Assembly (NCBI GenBank): GCA_014874305.1
Contig: JACWAO010000028.1
Span: forward strand, 1 to 28,716
Length of the DNA stretch: 28,716 nt
Source of the DNA: Candidatus Colwellbacteria bacterium
Lineage (GTDB): Bacteria > Patescibacteriota > Minisyncoccia > UBA6257 > Colwellbacteraceae
Reading direction: 5' to 3'
Shown piece by piece: positions 15,914-23,906 of this stretch; position 1 is the first letter of the stretch, and the number at the start of each line of letters is the position of its first letter. A model generated the notes under the pieces. It was not told where the DNA came from and searched no databases. It saw only the letters and a program-made list of their open reading frames with translations. The translations under genes were made by a program, and so were the position numbers.

Positions 15914-17830
15914 TCAGCGCTTAACAGCGTTTAGTATGTCTTTAAGTTTTATACTGGCAACTCCGATCGTCTGATCCGCTTCGCCGTAATAGAGAAATAT
16001 TTTTTCTCCGATTAATACCGCTCCGCATGGGAAAACAACGTTAGGCGTTAACCCCTGTTTCTCATAATTTTCCTTCGGTTCGAGGAGGGGATAGTCCGTC
16101 CGGCCCAATACCACGGTTGGGTCTTGCAGATCGGTTAGTACGGCCCCGACTCTATAGGTTCCATCCTCTTCTCCAACCCCGTGGTAAATGATAAGCCACC
16201 CATCTTTTGTTTTTATAGGAGGCGCGGCCACCCCGACTTTTTTGGAATCCCACCAGCCCGGTCGAGGTCTCAGCCACCTGTACTCCTCAAGCCAGGTTGT
16301 TCCGTCAAAATCCAAAGACTTGTGGAAAGAAAGATCGATATCATCGCCACTCCGGTGAATAATGGCATACTTGCCCTTGATTTTTTCCGGGAAGACGCAT
16401 GAGTCCTTGTCGTCTATCCCGGGAGGGGAGATTAGAACCGGTTTCGACCAGTTCCATTCTTGTCTTAGGAAATCACTGTCTCTTATCCAGGTTAAGGCGA
16501 CGCGGGGAGGGTTTTTCCCGTCGAACGCGGTGTAGAACATGTATATTTTCGAGCCGATTTTTACGAGGCGCGGGTCTTCGGTTCCGGAATTTCCGCCCTG
16601 CTGGAGTTTTTGTTCAAACGGTTCGCGCGGGGTATAAACCGGATCCCTAGACCTGTAACTTATATGAACCCCATCATCGCTTTGCGCGTAGCCAAGCACC
16701 GAGGTGTTGCTTGGGGACATCGCTCTATAAACAAGGTGGACTTTGCCGTCTAGGTATATCGCGCCGGGATTAAAAACCGCTTTTGTTTCCCATGACGAGT
16801 CTTTATTGGGCGTTAAGATCGGATTTTCTTTCGCGCGAGAAAATCCGATGGAGGCGGTATCTTTCTTGAGCATGTCGCTCGTAAGCGAAGAGAGGGGTAG
16901 AAACGCTACCGAACACGTGGTGTCGGCAGAGCCGTAATATAGATAAATAAGGTCTTTTTTAAGAATGGCTCCTGACGGGAAAACTATATTGGGAACGAAT
17001 CCGTATTTCTCATAGTATTCTTCCGGCTGGAGAATAGGGAAGTTTGTTCTGCCTATGATTTTCGCTGGATTTTTTAAGTCAAGAAGAACGGCCTCTATTC
17101 CGAATACTTTTTGCGGGGAGAAGTAGTTTCTTATATAGGAATAGACAAGCAACCACCCCTCTTTCGTTTTTATTGGCGGGGCGCCGACTTCTACGTGGTC
17201 CTGCGGGCGGCGCTCCAGAGGAAGAAGGTGTTTATCGATGTTTTTGTACCAGTTTTGCCAGTACGATTCGTCCCACATTTCCTCTTCTTTATCGAAGGAG
17301 GCGAGAGATATTTTGGCGGGAGGGCGATCGGTGTTGGCGGTAAGCACGGCCCACATCTTACCGTTTATCTTTTCCGGGAATAGGGCCATCGCCTTGGCGT
17401 TAAATGGCGTTACCAAGTGTTTCTCGCTGACTTTTTTTAAGTCCTTGCTTATCGCGAGCCCGACTCTTATGCCCTCCGCCTTGGGCGGCCAGCTCGAAAG
17501 GGCGGTATAAAAAATGAAGTATTTATTGTTAAGCTTGGTAACACGCGGGTCTTCGCATCCAAACTTCTCCCAATCGTATTCTGGGATGATAAATCTTCTG
17601 CGATTGTAAAAAGAGAGGCCGTTCTTGCTTTCCGCTATCCCAATGTCGGAGACCCTAAGCCTGGACTGGGCGGAGGTATGGTAATGGGGCAGAGAGACGG
17701 CGCGATATAAGAGAAAGATTTTTTCTTCCTTGGCGATGGGGCACCCATTAAAAACCGCTTCCGCTTCCCATGATTGATCCGGATTTGGTTTTAGTATGGG
17801 ATTCGTCTCGAATCGTTTAGCGAGCATCAC
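15914..17830 (-). CDS. Tandem two-domain GH130-family (beta-mannoside phosphorylase-like) protein
   Basis: Two repeats of NPIL.P...WE..AVFN, EDPR, FPEKI.G, APPIKTK.GW, P...YE..G..PNVVFP.GA, YYG.AD. Confidence 0.88.
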   Translation of the reverse strand: MMLAKRFETNPILKPNPDQSWEAEAVFNGCPIAKEEKIFLLYRAVSLPHYHTSAQSRLRVSDIGIAESKNGLSFYNRRRFIIPEYDWEKFGCEDPRVTKLNNKYFIFYTALSSWPPKAEGIRVGLAISKDLKKVSEKHLVTPFNAKAMALFPEKINGKMWAVLTANTDRPPAKISLASFDKEEEMWDESYWQNWYKNIDKHLLPLERRPQDHVEVGAPPIKTKEGWLLVYSYIRNYFSPQKVFGIEAVLLDLKNPAKIIGRTNFPILQPEEYYEKYGFVPNIVFPSGAILKKDLIYLYYGSADTTCSVAFLPLSSLTSDMLKKDTASIGFSRAKENPILTPNKDSSWETKAVFNPGAIYLDGKVHLVYRAMSPSNTSVLGYAQSDDGVHISYRSRDPVYTPREPFEQKLQQGGNSGTEDPRLVKIGSKIYMFYTAFDGKNPPRVALTWIRDSDFLRQEWNWSKPVLISPPGIDDKDSCVFPEKIKGKYAIIHRSGDDIDLSFHKSLDFDGTTWLEEYRWLRPRPGWWDSKKVGVAAPPIKTKDGWLIIYHGVGEEDGTYRVGAVLTDLQDPTVVLGRTDYPLLEPKENYEKQGLTPNVVFPCGAVLIGEKIFLYYGEADQTIGVASIKLKDILNAVKR

Positions 17831-18945
17831 TTTTTCTTCGCCTTTCCGGTTTTAAACGCCGGCTTTTCTCCTTTCATCAGTTCCGAGAGAAAAGTTTCTA
17901 AGTTCGCATAAGCAACACTAACATAATTATCGGCCGCGCCATAGTAGACGAAGAGCTTTCCGTCTTTGATGACCGCGCCCGACACGTAAACTATTCCGGC
18001 TTTGAACCCGTTGTTTTCGTACTCTTTTTCTGGTTCGAGAACGGGCTCTGGAGAGCGATAAAGGATTTTAGACGGGTCGTTTAAATCTAAGAGTATCGCG
18101 CCAACCTTGTATTTTCCCGGGTCGTTCTTATCCATTGCGTGGTAGAATAACAGCCACCCCTCTTTCGTTTTTATTGGCGGGGCGCCGGCTCCTCTTATCC
18201 AACTTTCCCAGCGCTTTTTTTCTCCATTCGTGCCGTCGTGACGGCTTCTGATATAATCATCGTCTTTAAACTCTAAAGTATCTCTGTACTCGATAAGTAT
18301 TTTGGGAGTTATGCTGTGCAGTATAGCGTACCGGCCGTTTATTTTTTCCGGAAAAATTACCCAGTTTTTATGCGTTTCCCCCGGAGGGGAGATTAAGACC
18401 GGAGGACTCCATCTCCAGCGCTTGTTAAGCATGTCCTCCTCGCTTATATGCGTGAGCGCGACTCCCAGTCCATCATCGCAGGCGGTATAGGTTACGTATA
18501 GAATCCCCTCGTTTTCCATATTGGTTATGCGCGGATCCTCACTGCCGCCGAAGCTTCCCCCCGAGGCAAAAGAATATGGATTAAAAACACGTTTATTAGT
18601 AAGTATGTGTTCGTAAACAGGATAATGGAGCCTTTCACTTATTACTAGGCCGTTCTCTGAAGAGGCGTATCCAAAGCGGGAGATTCCGTCGTCTCCTATG
18701 GCGCGGTATAAAAAGTGTACCTTATCTTTAATGAGAGCCGCGCCAGGATTGAATGTTTGCCACGCTTCCCACGAGTTTTCCGCGGACGGAGAAATAATCG
18801 GGTTCGCTTCCGGCTTGGATAACTTGATCGGGCTTATCTTTTTTTCGCTTCTGACAACTATCTTAGATCTTGTCCTTACAGTCTTTCTTGGGGCGGTTTT
18901 TCTGGAGGTATTCCCTTCTTGTTTTTTTACGGACTGCCTGGGCAT
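17827..18945 (-). CDS. Single-domain GH130-family protein with basic N- and C-terminal tails
   Basis: TFNPGA, GSEDPRIT, HKNWVIFPEKINGRYAILH, GAGAPPIKTKEGWLLFYH, YYGAAD; ATGA coupling to the next gene. Confidence 0.88.
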   Translation of the reverse strand: MPRQSVKKQEGNTSRKTAPRKTVRTRSKIVVRSEKKISPIKLSKPEANPIISPSAENSWEAWQTFNPGAALIKDKVHFLYRAIGDDGISRFGYASSENGLVISERLHYPVYEHILTNKRVFNPYSFASGGSFGGSEDPRITNMENEGILYVTYTACDDGLGVALTHISEEDMLNKRWRWSPPVLISPPGETHKNWVIFPEKINGRYAILHSITPKILIEYRDTLEFKDDDYIRSRHDGTNGEKKRWESWIRGAGAPPIKTKEGWLLFYHAMDKNDPGKYKVGAILLDLNDPSKILYRSPEPVLEPEKEYENNGFKAGIVYVSGAVIKDGKLFVYYGAADNYVSVAYANLETFLSELMKGEKPAFKTGKAKKK

Positions 18946-19173
18946 TTACTTATATTATTAACTACGTGTTCCGTGGAGCGGGTGTATTTTATGTGCAAAC
19001 CACGACTGTTTTGTTCGTTACCGGCGGTTTCTAATCTGGAGGTTCTTTCATAAGAATAATACTACTTGCCGCGCATTAAACAAGAACAGCATCTGTTAAT
19101 AACTTTAGGGGATAGAGCCTAAGAATAACCGCAGACTTTTCTTTATTATAAGCTTCTGGTAAAAGGTATGTAG

Positions 19174-20202
19174 ATGATAATCTGGTCCATTGAGACATCG
19201 TGCGACGAGACGGCAATCGCGGTTGTTAAAGCAAGCGGGGGATTGAGTAAACCGAAATTCGAGGTGCTGACAAGCGTTGTCTCCTCGCAGATTGCGGTTC
19301 ACCGGCCGTTTGGCGGAGTCGTGCCGAATTTGGCCAAAAGGGAGCATCTTAAAAATCTTCCGATCTTGCTCCAAAAACTTGCCAAGGAGGGCTTTGATAT
19401 TAAAAAAGCGGACACTCTCGCTGTTACCGTCGGGCCGGGCCTGGAACCGGCGCTTTGGACCGGCGTTAATTTCGCCAAGGAGCTGGCTAAGAAGTATAAG
19501 AAACCGTTAACCGGGGTAAACCACTTGGAGGGGCATATCTACAGCTTTCTTCTTTCAAAGAGCGCGGGGCGCCTAGAGTTAAAGGATATTTTTCCGGCGG
19601 TTGCGCTTCTTGTAAGCGGAGGACACACCTTAATTTTAAAGATGGACTCTTTAACGAAGTGGAAGAAGATGGGTGAGACGAGGGATGACGCGGTGGGGGA
19701 GGCGTACGACAAGGTTGCCCGTCTTTTGGATCTCCCATACCCGGGAGGTCCGGAGATAGAAAAAGCGTCGAGTTTGGGAAACGGGGAGGCCGTATCCTTT
19801 CCGAGGCCGATGATCGATCAGAAAAATTACGACTTCAGCTTTTCGGGATTAAAGACGGCGGTTCTTTATTATCTCCGCGACCACCCCGTTAAAACGGAAA
19901 AAGACCGGGCCGATGCGGCGGCATCTTTTGAAGAAGCGGCGGTAGAGGTTTTAGTCAAAAAAACAATACGCGCCGCTATGGACGTGAAAGCCAAGGCGGT
20001 TATTATTTCCGGAGGCGTTGCGGCCAACAAGCGCTTGCGCGAGGAACTTAAAAGCGCCGCTAAAAAGAATAAAATAAAATTTTTCGCTCCGGAGATGAAG
20101 TTCAATACCGATAACGCGGCGATGGTCGCGGCCGCGGCCTATCTTGCCAACTTGCGCGGGAGGAGAAGAAGGATAACGGCGCAAGCCAATCTGACTGTCT
20201 AG
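19174..20202 (+). CDS. tsaD: tRNA threonylcarbamoyladenosine (t6A) synthesis protein TsaD
   Basis: IETSCDETA, VNHLEGH, LLVSGGHT, TRDDAVGEAYDKVAR, DFSFSGLKT, TDNAAMVA. Confidence 0.95.
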   Translation: MIIWSIETSCDETAIAVVKASGGLSKPKFEVLTSVVSSQIAVHRPFGGVVPNLAKREHLKNLPILLQKLAKEGFDIKKADTLAVTVGPGLEPALWTGVNFAKELAKKYKKPLTGVNHLEGHIYSFLLSKSAGRLELKDIFPAVALLVSGGHTLILKMDSLTKWKKMGETRDDAVGEAYDKVARLLDLPYPGGPEIEKASSLGNGEAVSFPRPMIDQKNYDFSFSGLKTAVLYYLRDHPVKTEKDRADAAASFEEAAVEVLVKKTIRAAMDVKAKAVIISGGVAANKRLREELKSAAKKNKIKFFAPEMKFNTDNAAMVAAAAYLANLRGRRRRITAQANLTV

Positions 20203-20214
20203 TAGATTAGTAAC

Positions 20215-20254
20215 AATGTTAAAGATCAAGACGATCGTCAGTATCTTTAACATT
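20215..20254. repeat. AT-rich interrupted palindrome between tsaD and valS (terminator- or operator-like)
   Basis: AATGTTAAAGAT-caa-GACGATCGTC-agt-ATCTTTAACATT: 12-bp outer arms and a self-complementary core. Confidence 0.7.
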
Positions 20255-20321
20255 TGAAAAAAAGGCGATAAAACATGTTTTGCGCTTTTACCTGCTTTTC
20301 CCTTAATATAATTACTATAAT

Positions 20322-22487
20322 ATGGATACTCGGTACGATTATCAGGCGCTGGAGGATAAGATTTATAAACGGTGGGAGGAGTCCGGATTTTTTAATCCGG
20401 ATGTTTGCGTTAAAAAAGGCGTAACCAAGAAAGACGCCAAAAAGTTTTCCATAGTTTTGCCGCCGCCCAACGTTACCGGGAACCTGCACATCGGGCACGC
20501 GGCGATGCTGGCCATAGAGGATATCATGGTGAGGTACGCGCGGATGAATGGCAAGAAAACCCTGTGGCTTCCGGGCACGGACCACGCGGCTATCGCCACG
20601 CAGGCCAAGGTGGAAAGCCTTATATACAAGAAGGAAGGGAAAAATAGGCACGACCTCGGACGCGATGAATTTTTGAGGCGCGTCGAGGAGTTTGCCAAGG
20701 AGAGCCATGACAATATCGTGCGGCAGGTTAAGAAGATGGGATCGTCGGTTGATTGGAGCAGGGAGGCGTACACCTTAGATGAGAAAAGAAGCCTCGCGGT
20801 GCGTACGGCCTTTAAGAGAATGCATGACGAGGGACTGATTTACAAAGGAGCCAGAATCGTGAACTGGGATCCGAAGATGCAGACGACCGTCTCGGACGAT
20901 GAGCTGGAGTATGTTGAGGAGAAAGCGCCGTTTTATTACCTGAAGTTCGGGCCGTTTGTAATCGGGACCGCGAGGCCGGAAACAAAGTTCGGCGACAAGT
21001 ACGTGGTTATGCATCCGGATGACGCGAGATACAAAAAACACAAGGATGGAGAAAAACTCGAGGTGGAGTGGATTAACGGGCCGATTACCGTGACCGTTAT
21101 TAAGGATAAGGCGATTGATATGAAATTCGGCACCGGAGTTATGACAATAACTCCATGGCATGACGCGACCGACTTCGATATTGCCGAAAGGCACGGGTTG
21201 GATAAGGAGCAGGTTATAGATTCTTACGGGAAACTTCTGCCCATAGCCGGGGAGTTCGCTGGAATGCACATAAGCAAAGCGCGGCCGCTCATAGCCGAGA
21301 AGCTTAAAGCCAAGGGGTTACTCAAAAAAACAGAAGAAGACTATGTGCATAACGTGGCTGTAAACCAGCGCGGCGGAGGAAAAATAGAGCCACAGATTAA
21401 GGAGCAGTGGTTTATTGGTGTTAATAAGGAATTCGTTTTACCTAAGTCTAAAATAAAGGGAGTAAAAAGCGGAGAAAAAACGACGCTCAAGAAAATGATG
21501 AAAGCCGCGGTTAAGGGCAATCAGATTAAGATTTTACCCAAGAGGTTTGAGAAGGTTTACTTCCACTGGATAGATAATTTGCGCGACTGGTGTATCTCGA
21601 GGCAAATTTGGTACGGGCACCGGATTCCCGTTTGGTACAAAGGTGGAAAAACTTACTGCGGCATCAATCCGCCAAAAGGAGAGGGGTGGATACAGGATTC
21701 TGACACGTTGGATACCTGGTTTTCTTCGGGCTTATGGACGTTTTCCACGCTCGGCTGGCCGAAGGAAACTAAAGATTTTTTAGAGTTCCATCCGACGAGC
21801 GTTCTCGAGACCGGATATGATATTTTATTCTTTTGGGTTGCCAGGATGATTCTTATGAGCGGATACCTGCTTTGCGATATACCGTTTGAAAAAGTTTATC
21901 TTCACGGGCTGGTGCGCGACGCGCAGGGGAGGAAGATGAGCAAGTCCTTGGGGAACACGATCGATCCGCTGGAGATGAGCGAGAAGTACGGAGCGGACGC
22001 TGTGAGGCTGTCGCTTATTATCGGATCCGCGCCCGGGAACGACATAAAAATCTCCGAGGATAAGATTCGCGGCTACCGCAATTTCGCCACCAAGGTTTGG
22101 AACGCCAGCAGATTCGCTTTACTAAATTATTCTGAGATAAAAGCTAAACCTCAGTTTACAGCGGACGATAAAAAACGATTAGCGGAGGTCTCCGCCTTGA
22201 AAAAGAAGGTGTCGGAGCATATTGAGAAGTTCGATTTTAACAGGGCGGGAGATGAGCTTTATCACTATTTTTGGGACGTGTTTGCCGACAAGGTTATAGA
22301 GTTGCTTAAGATACGGCTTAATTCCGATAACCTGAGAGACCGCGCGGCGGCTCAGGAGACATTGATAAAAATGCTCAAAGAGCAGATAAAAATGCTTCAC
22401 CCTTTTATGCCGTTTGTTACCGAGGAGATTTGGGGATTACTGCCAGGCAATAAAGGAAAACTTTTGATGGTTGAAAAATGGACATAG
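20322..22487 (+). CDS. valS: Valine-tRNA ligase, compact form lacking the C-terminal coiled-coil arm
   Basis: PPPNVTGNLHIGH, PGTDHAAIATQ, DWCISRQIWYGHRIP, DTLDTWFSS, KMSKS; 721 aa, ends after HPFMPFVTEEIW. Confidence 0.96.
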   Translation: MDTRYDYQALEDKIYKRWEESGFFNPDVCVKKGVTKKDAKKFSIVLPPPNVTGNLHIGHAAMLAIEDIMVRYARMNGKKTLWLPGTDHAAIATQAKVESLIYKKEGKNRHDLGRDEFLRRVEEFAKESHDNIVRQVKKMGSSVDWSREAYTLDEKRSLAVRTAFKRMHDEGLIYKGARIVNWDPKMQTTVSDDELEYVEEKAPFYYLKFGPFVIGTARPETKFGDKYVVMHPDDARYKKHKDGEKLEVEWINGPITVTVIKDKAIDMKFGTGVMTITPWHDATDFDIAERHGLDKEQVIDSYGKLLPIAGEFAGMHISKARPLIAEKLKAKGLLKKTEEDYVHNVAVNQRGGGKIEPQIKEQWFIGVNKEFVLPKSKIKGVKSGEKTTLKKMMKAAVKGNQIKILPKRFEKVYFHWIDNLRDWCISRQIWYGHRIPVWYKGGKTYCGINPPKGEGWIQDSDTLDTWFSSGLWTFSTLGWPKETKDFLEFHPTSVLETGYDILFFWVARMILMSGYLLCDIPFEKVYLHGLVRDAQGRKMSKSLGNTIDPLEMSEKYGADAVRLSLIIGSAPGNDIKISEDKIRGYRNFATKVWNASRFALLNYSEIKAKPQFTADDKKRLAEVSALKKKVSEHIEKFDFNRAGDELYHYFWDVFADKVIELLKIRLNSDNLRDRAAAQETLIKMLKEQIKMLHPFMPFVTEEIWGLLPGNKGKLLMVEKWT

Positions 22488-23146
22488 CCAAACTTGCTGT
22501 CGCGGCCGCTTTCGGACTTTTGCCGACATTGATTTGGCTTCTTTTCTTTCTGCGTGAGGACGCGGGGAGACCGGAGCCCGGGAAGGAGATATTAAAATTC
22601 TTCCTGATCGGCGGTTTTATGGCCGCCGCCTCGGCGATACTCGTGGAATTTTGGCTCAAAGGGGTATTTGCCGATTACAAGATAGCTTACTTTTCCGTAC
22701 TTGGTCTTTTGGTTTTCGCTTTCGTGGAGGAGACCGCGAAATTTTTATCAGCCAGGATTCTTTTAAGAAAGGATCCTTATTTTGACGAGCCGATTGACGC
22801 GATGATCTATCTCATAACCGTTGGCTTGGGGTTTGCCGCCATAGAAAACTTTTTCGAGCTTGCCGGAAGCGCTTTTTCCGCGATTCCCGAACTTGTCATA
22901 CTGCGGTTTATAGGGGCGACCCTGCTTCACGCGCTTTCATCGGGATTTGTCGGATACTACTGGGCGCGAGGCCGGACGATGAGGGGATTGCTTGTGGCTA
23001 CGCTTTTACATACCGCTTTCAACTGGATGGTTTTAGGGTTCCCGGGTCTTCCTGTCTACCCTAGCATCATCCTGGTAATTGCCGCTATTTTCCTTCTCAG
23101 GGATTTTGATATAATTAAAACAATAAAAGAAAAAGTGATAGCTTAA
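22478..23146 (+). CDS. PrsW-family intramembrane glutamic/metallo-protease
   Basis: FVEETAKF, GLGFAAIEN, LLHALSSG, LLHTAFN; multiple TM helices. Confidence 0.88.
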   Translation: MDIAKLAVAAAFGLLPTLIWLLFFLREDAGRPEPGKEILKFFLIGGFMAAASAILVEFWLKGVFADYKIAYFSVLGLLVFAFVEETAKFLSARILLRKDPYFDEPIDAMIYLITVGLGFAAIENFFELAGSAFSAIPELVILRFIGATLLHALSSGFVGYYWARGRTMRGLLVATLLHTAFNWMVLGFPGLPVYPSIILVIAAIFLLRDFDIIKTIKEKVIA

Positions 23147-23147
23147 A

Positions 23148-23528
23148 ATGGGAAATATAAACATAGAAAAGACTGGCGAGAGCATTGCCGACGAGGAGGA
23201 GGGACAGTTGACTGTCGATGTGTGCGAAACACCGACGGAGTTCATTATCGAGTCGACGATAGCCGGCGTTGATCCGAGCGATATCGATTTGGATGTGTCG
23301 GGGGAGTCCGTGACTATCCGCGGCGAACGGCATAAGAAAAAAGCGTCGGAGGACGGCAACTATCTTTTTCAAGAATGTTTCTGGGGCAAGTTCTCCCGTT
23401 CGATAATTCTTCCGCAGGAAATTGACGCGGATAAAGCGGAATCATCCTTAAAGAATGGAGTTCTTACCATACGTCTTCCCAAACTGCACCGCGAAAAAAA
23501 CAAGAAGGTTCATATAAGGGTGGACTAA
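23148..23528 (+). CDS. Small heat-shock protein (Hsp20/alpha-crystallin family)
   Basis: VDVCET...IAGVDPSDIDL...TIRGER...GKFSRSIILP...LKNGVLTIRLPK. Confidence 0.93.
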   Translation: MGNINIEKTGESIADEEEGQLTVDVCETPTEFIIESTIAGVDPSDIDLDVSGESVTIRGERHKKKASEDGNYLFQECFWGKFSRSIILPQEIDADKAESSLKNGVLTIRLPKLHREKNKKVHIRVD

Positions 23529-23767
23529 TCGTGAACCGCGTACCGTGAATCGTGACGCCGAACGTAGATGCTTCGCTTTCTTTGCCTTGCGGCAGGCAGG
23601 GCTCAGCATGACGAATATAAAATTATCGAAGTTCAACTTCGATAATTCGTAGAGGCGAAGGATGACAACACGTGTGGATCGCGAATCGTAAAACTTGAAA
23701 CACATTTCGCTATTCGCGTTTCATAGTCCATGATACGTGGTCCACGGTACGGGGTTCACGATTCGCG
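23524..23767. repeat. Inverted heptamer-array element with nested palindromes, between hsp20 and tRNA-Glu
   Basis: 21-bp inverted arms 23527-23547 and 23743-23763 (20/21 match). Nine consecutive 7-mers on the minus strand (23701-23763). Internal 13-1-13 palindrome at 23621-23647 and a REP-like unit at 23566-23612. Confidence 0.8.
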
Positions 23768-23771
23768 TTTG

Positions 23772-23843
23772 CGCCCCCAACCGGAGTCGAACCGGTGTTT
23801 ACGCCTTGAAAGAGCGCTGTCCTAACCGCTAGACGATGGGGGC
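23772..23843 (-). tRNA. tRNA-Glu(TTC), CCA not encoded
   Basis: Reverse complement: GCCCCCATCGTCTAGCGGTTAGGACAGCGCT-CTTTCAA-GGCGTAAACACCGGTTCGACTCCGGTTGGGGGCG. Confidence 0.95.
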
Positions 23844-23906
23844 GGGTATCTGTCCTAATCGAGCTACCATTGTAATATACTTAATTTAATTGTAAATTCC
23901 AATTCT

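Noticed and set aside
14002-19173. Mannose operon as an integrative element at tRNA-Leu
   Set aside because: No integrase and no duplicated tRNA 3' end (att site) at the far side (18946-19173).
18946-19173. Regulatory RNA in the 228-bp divergent gap between the GH130 operon and tsaD
   Set aside because: No convincing stems, repeats or riboswitch motif; adequately explained as back-to-back promoter space.
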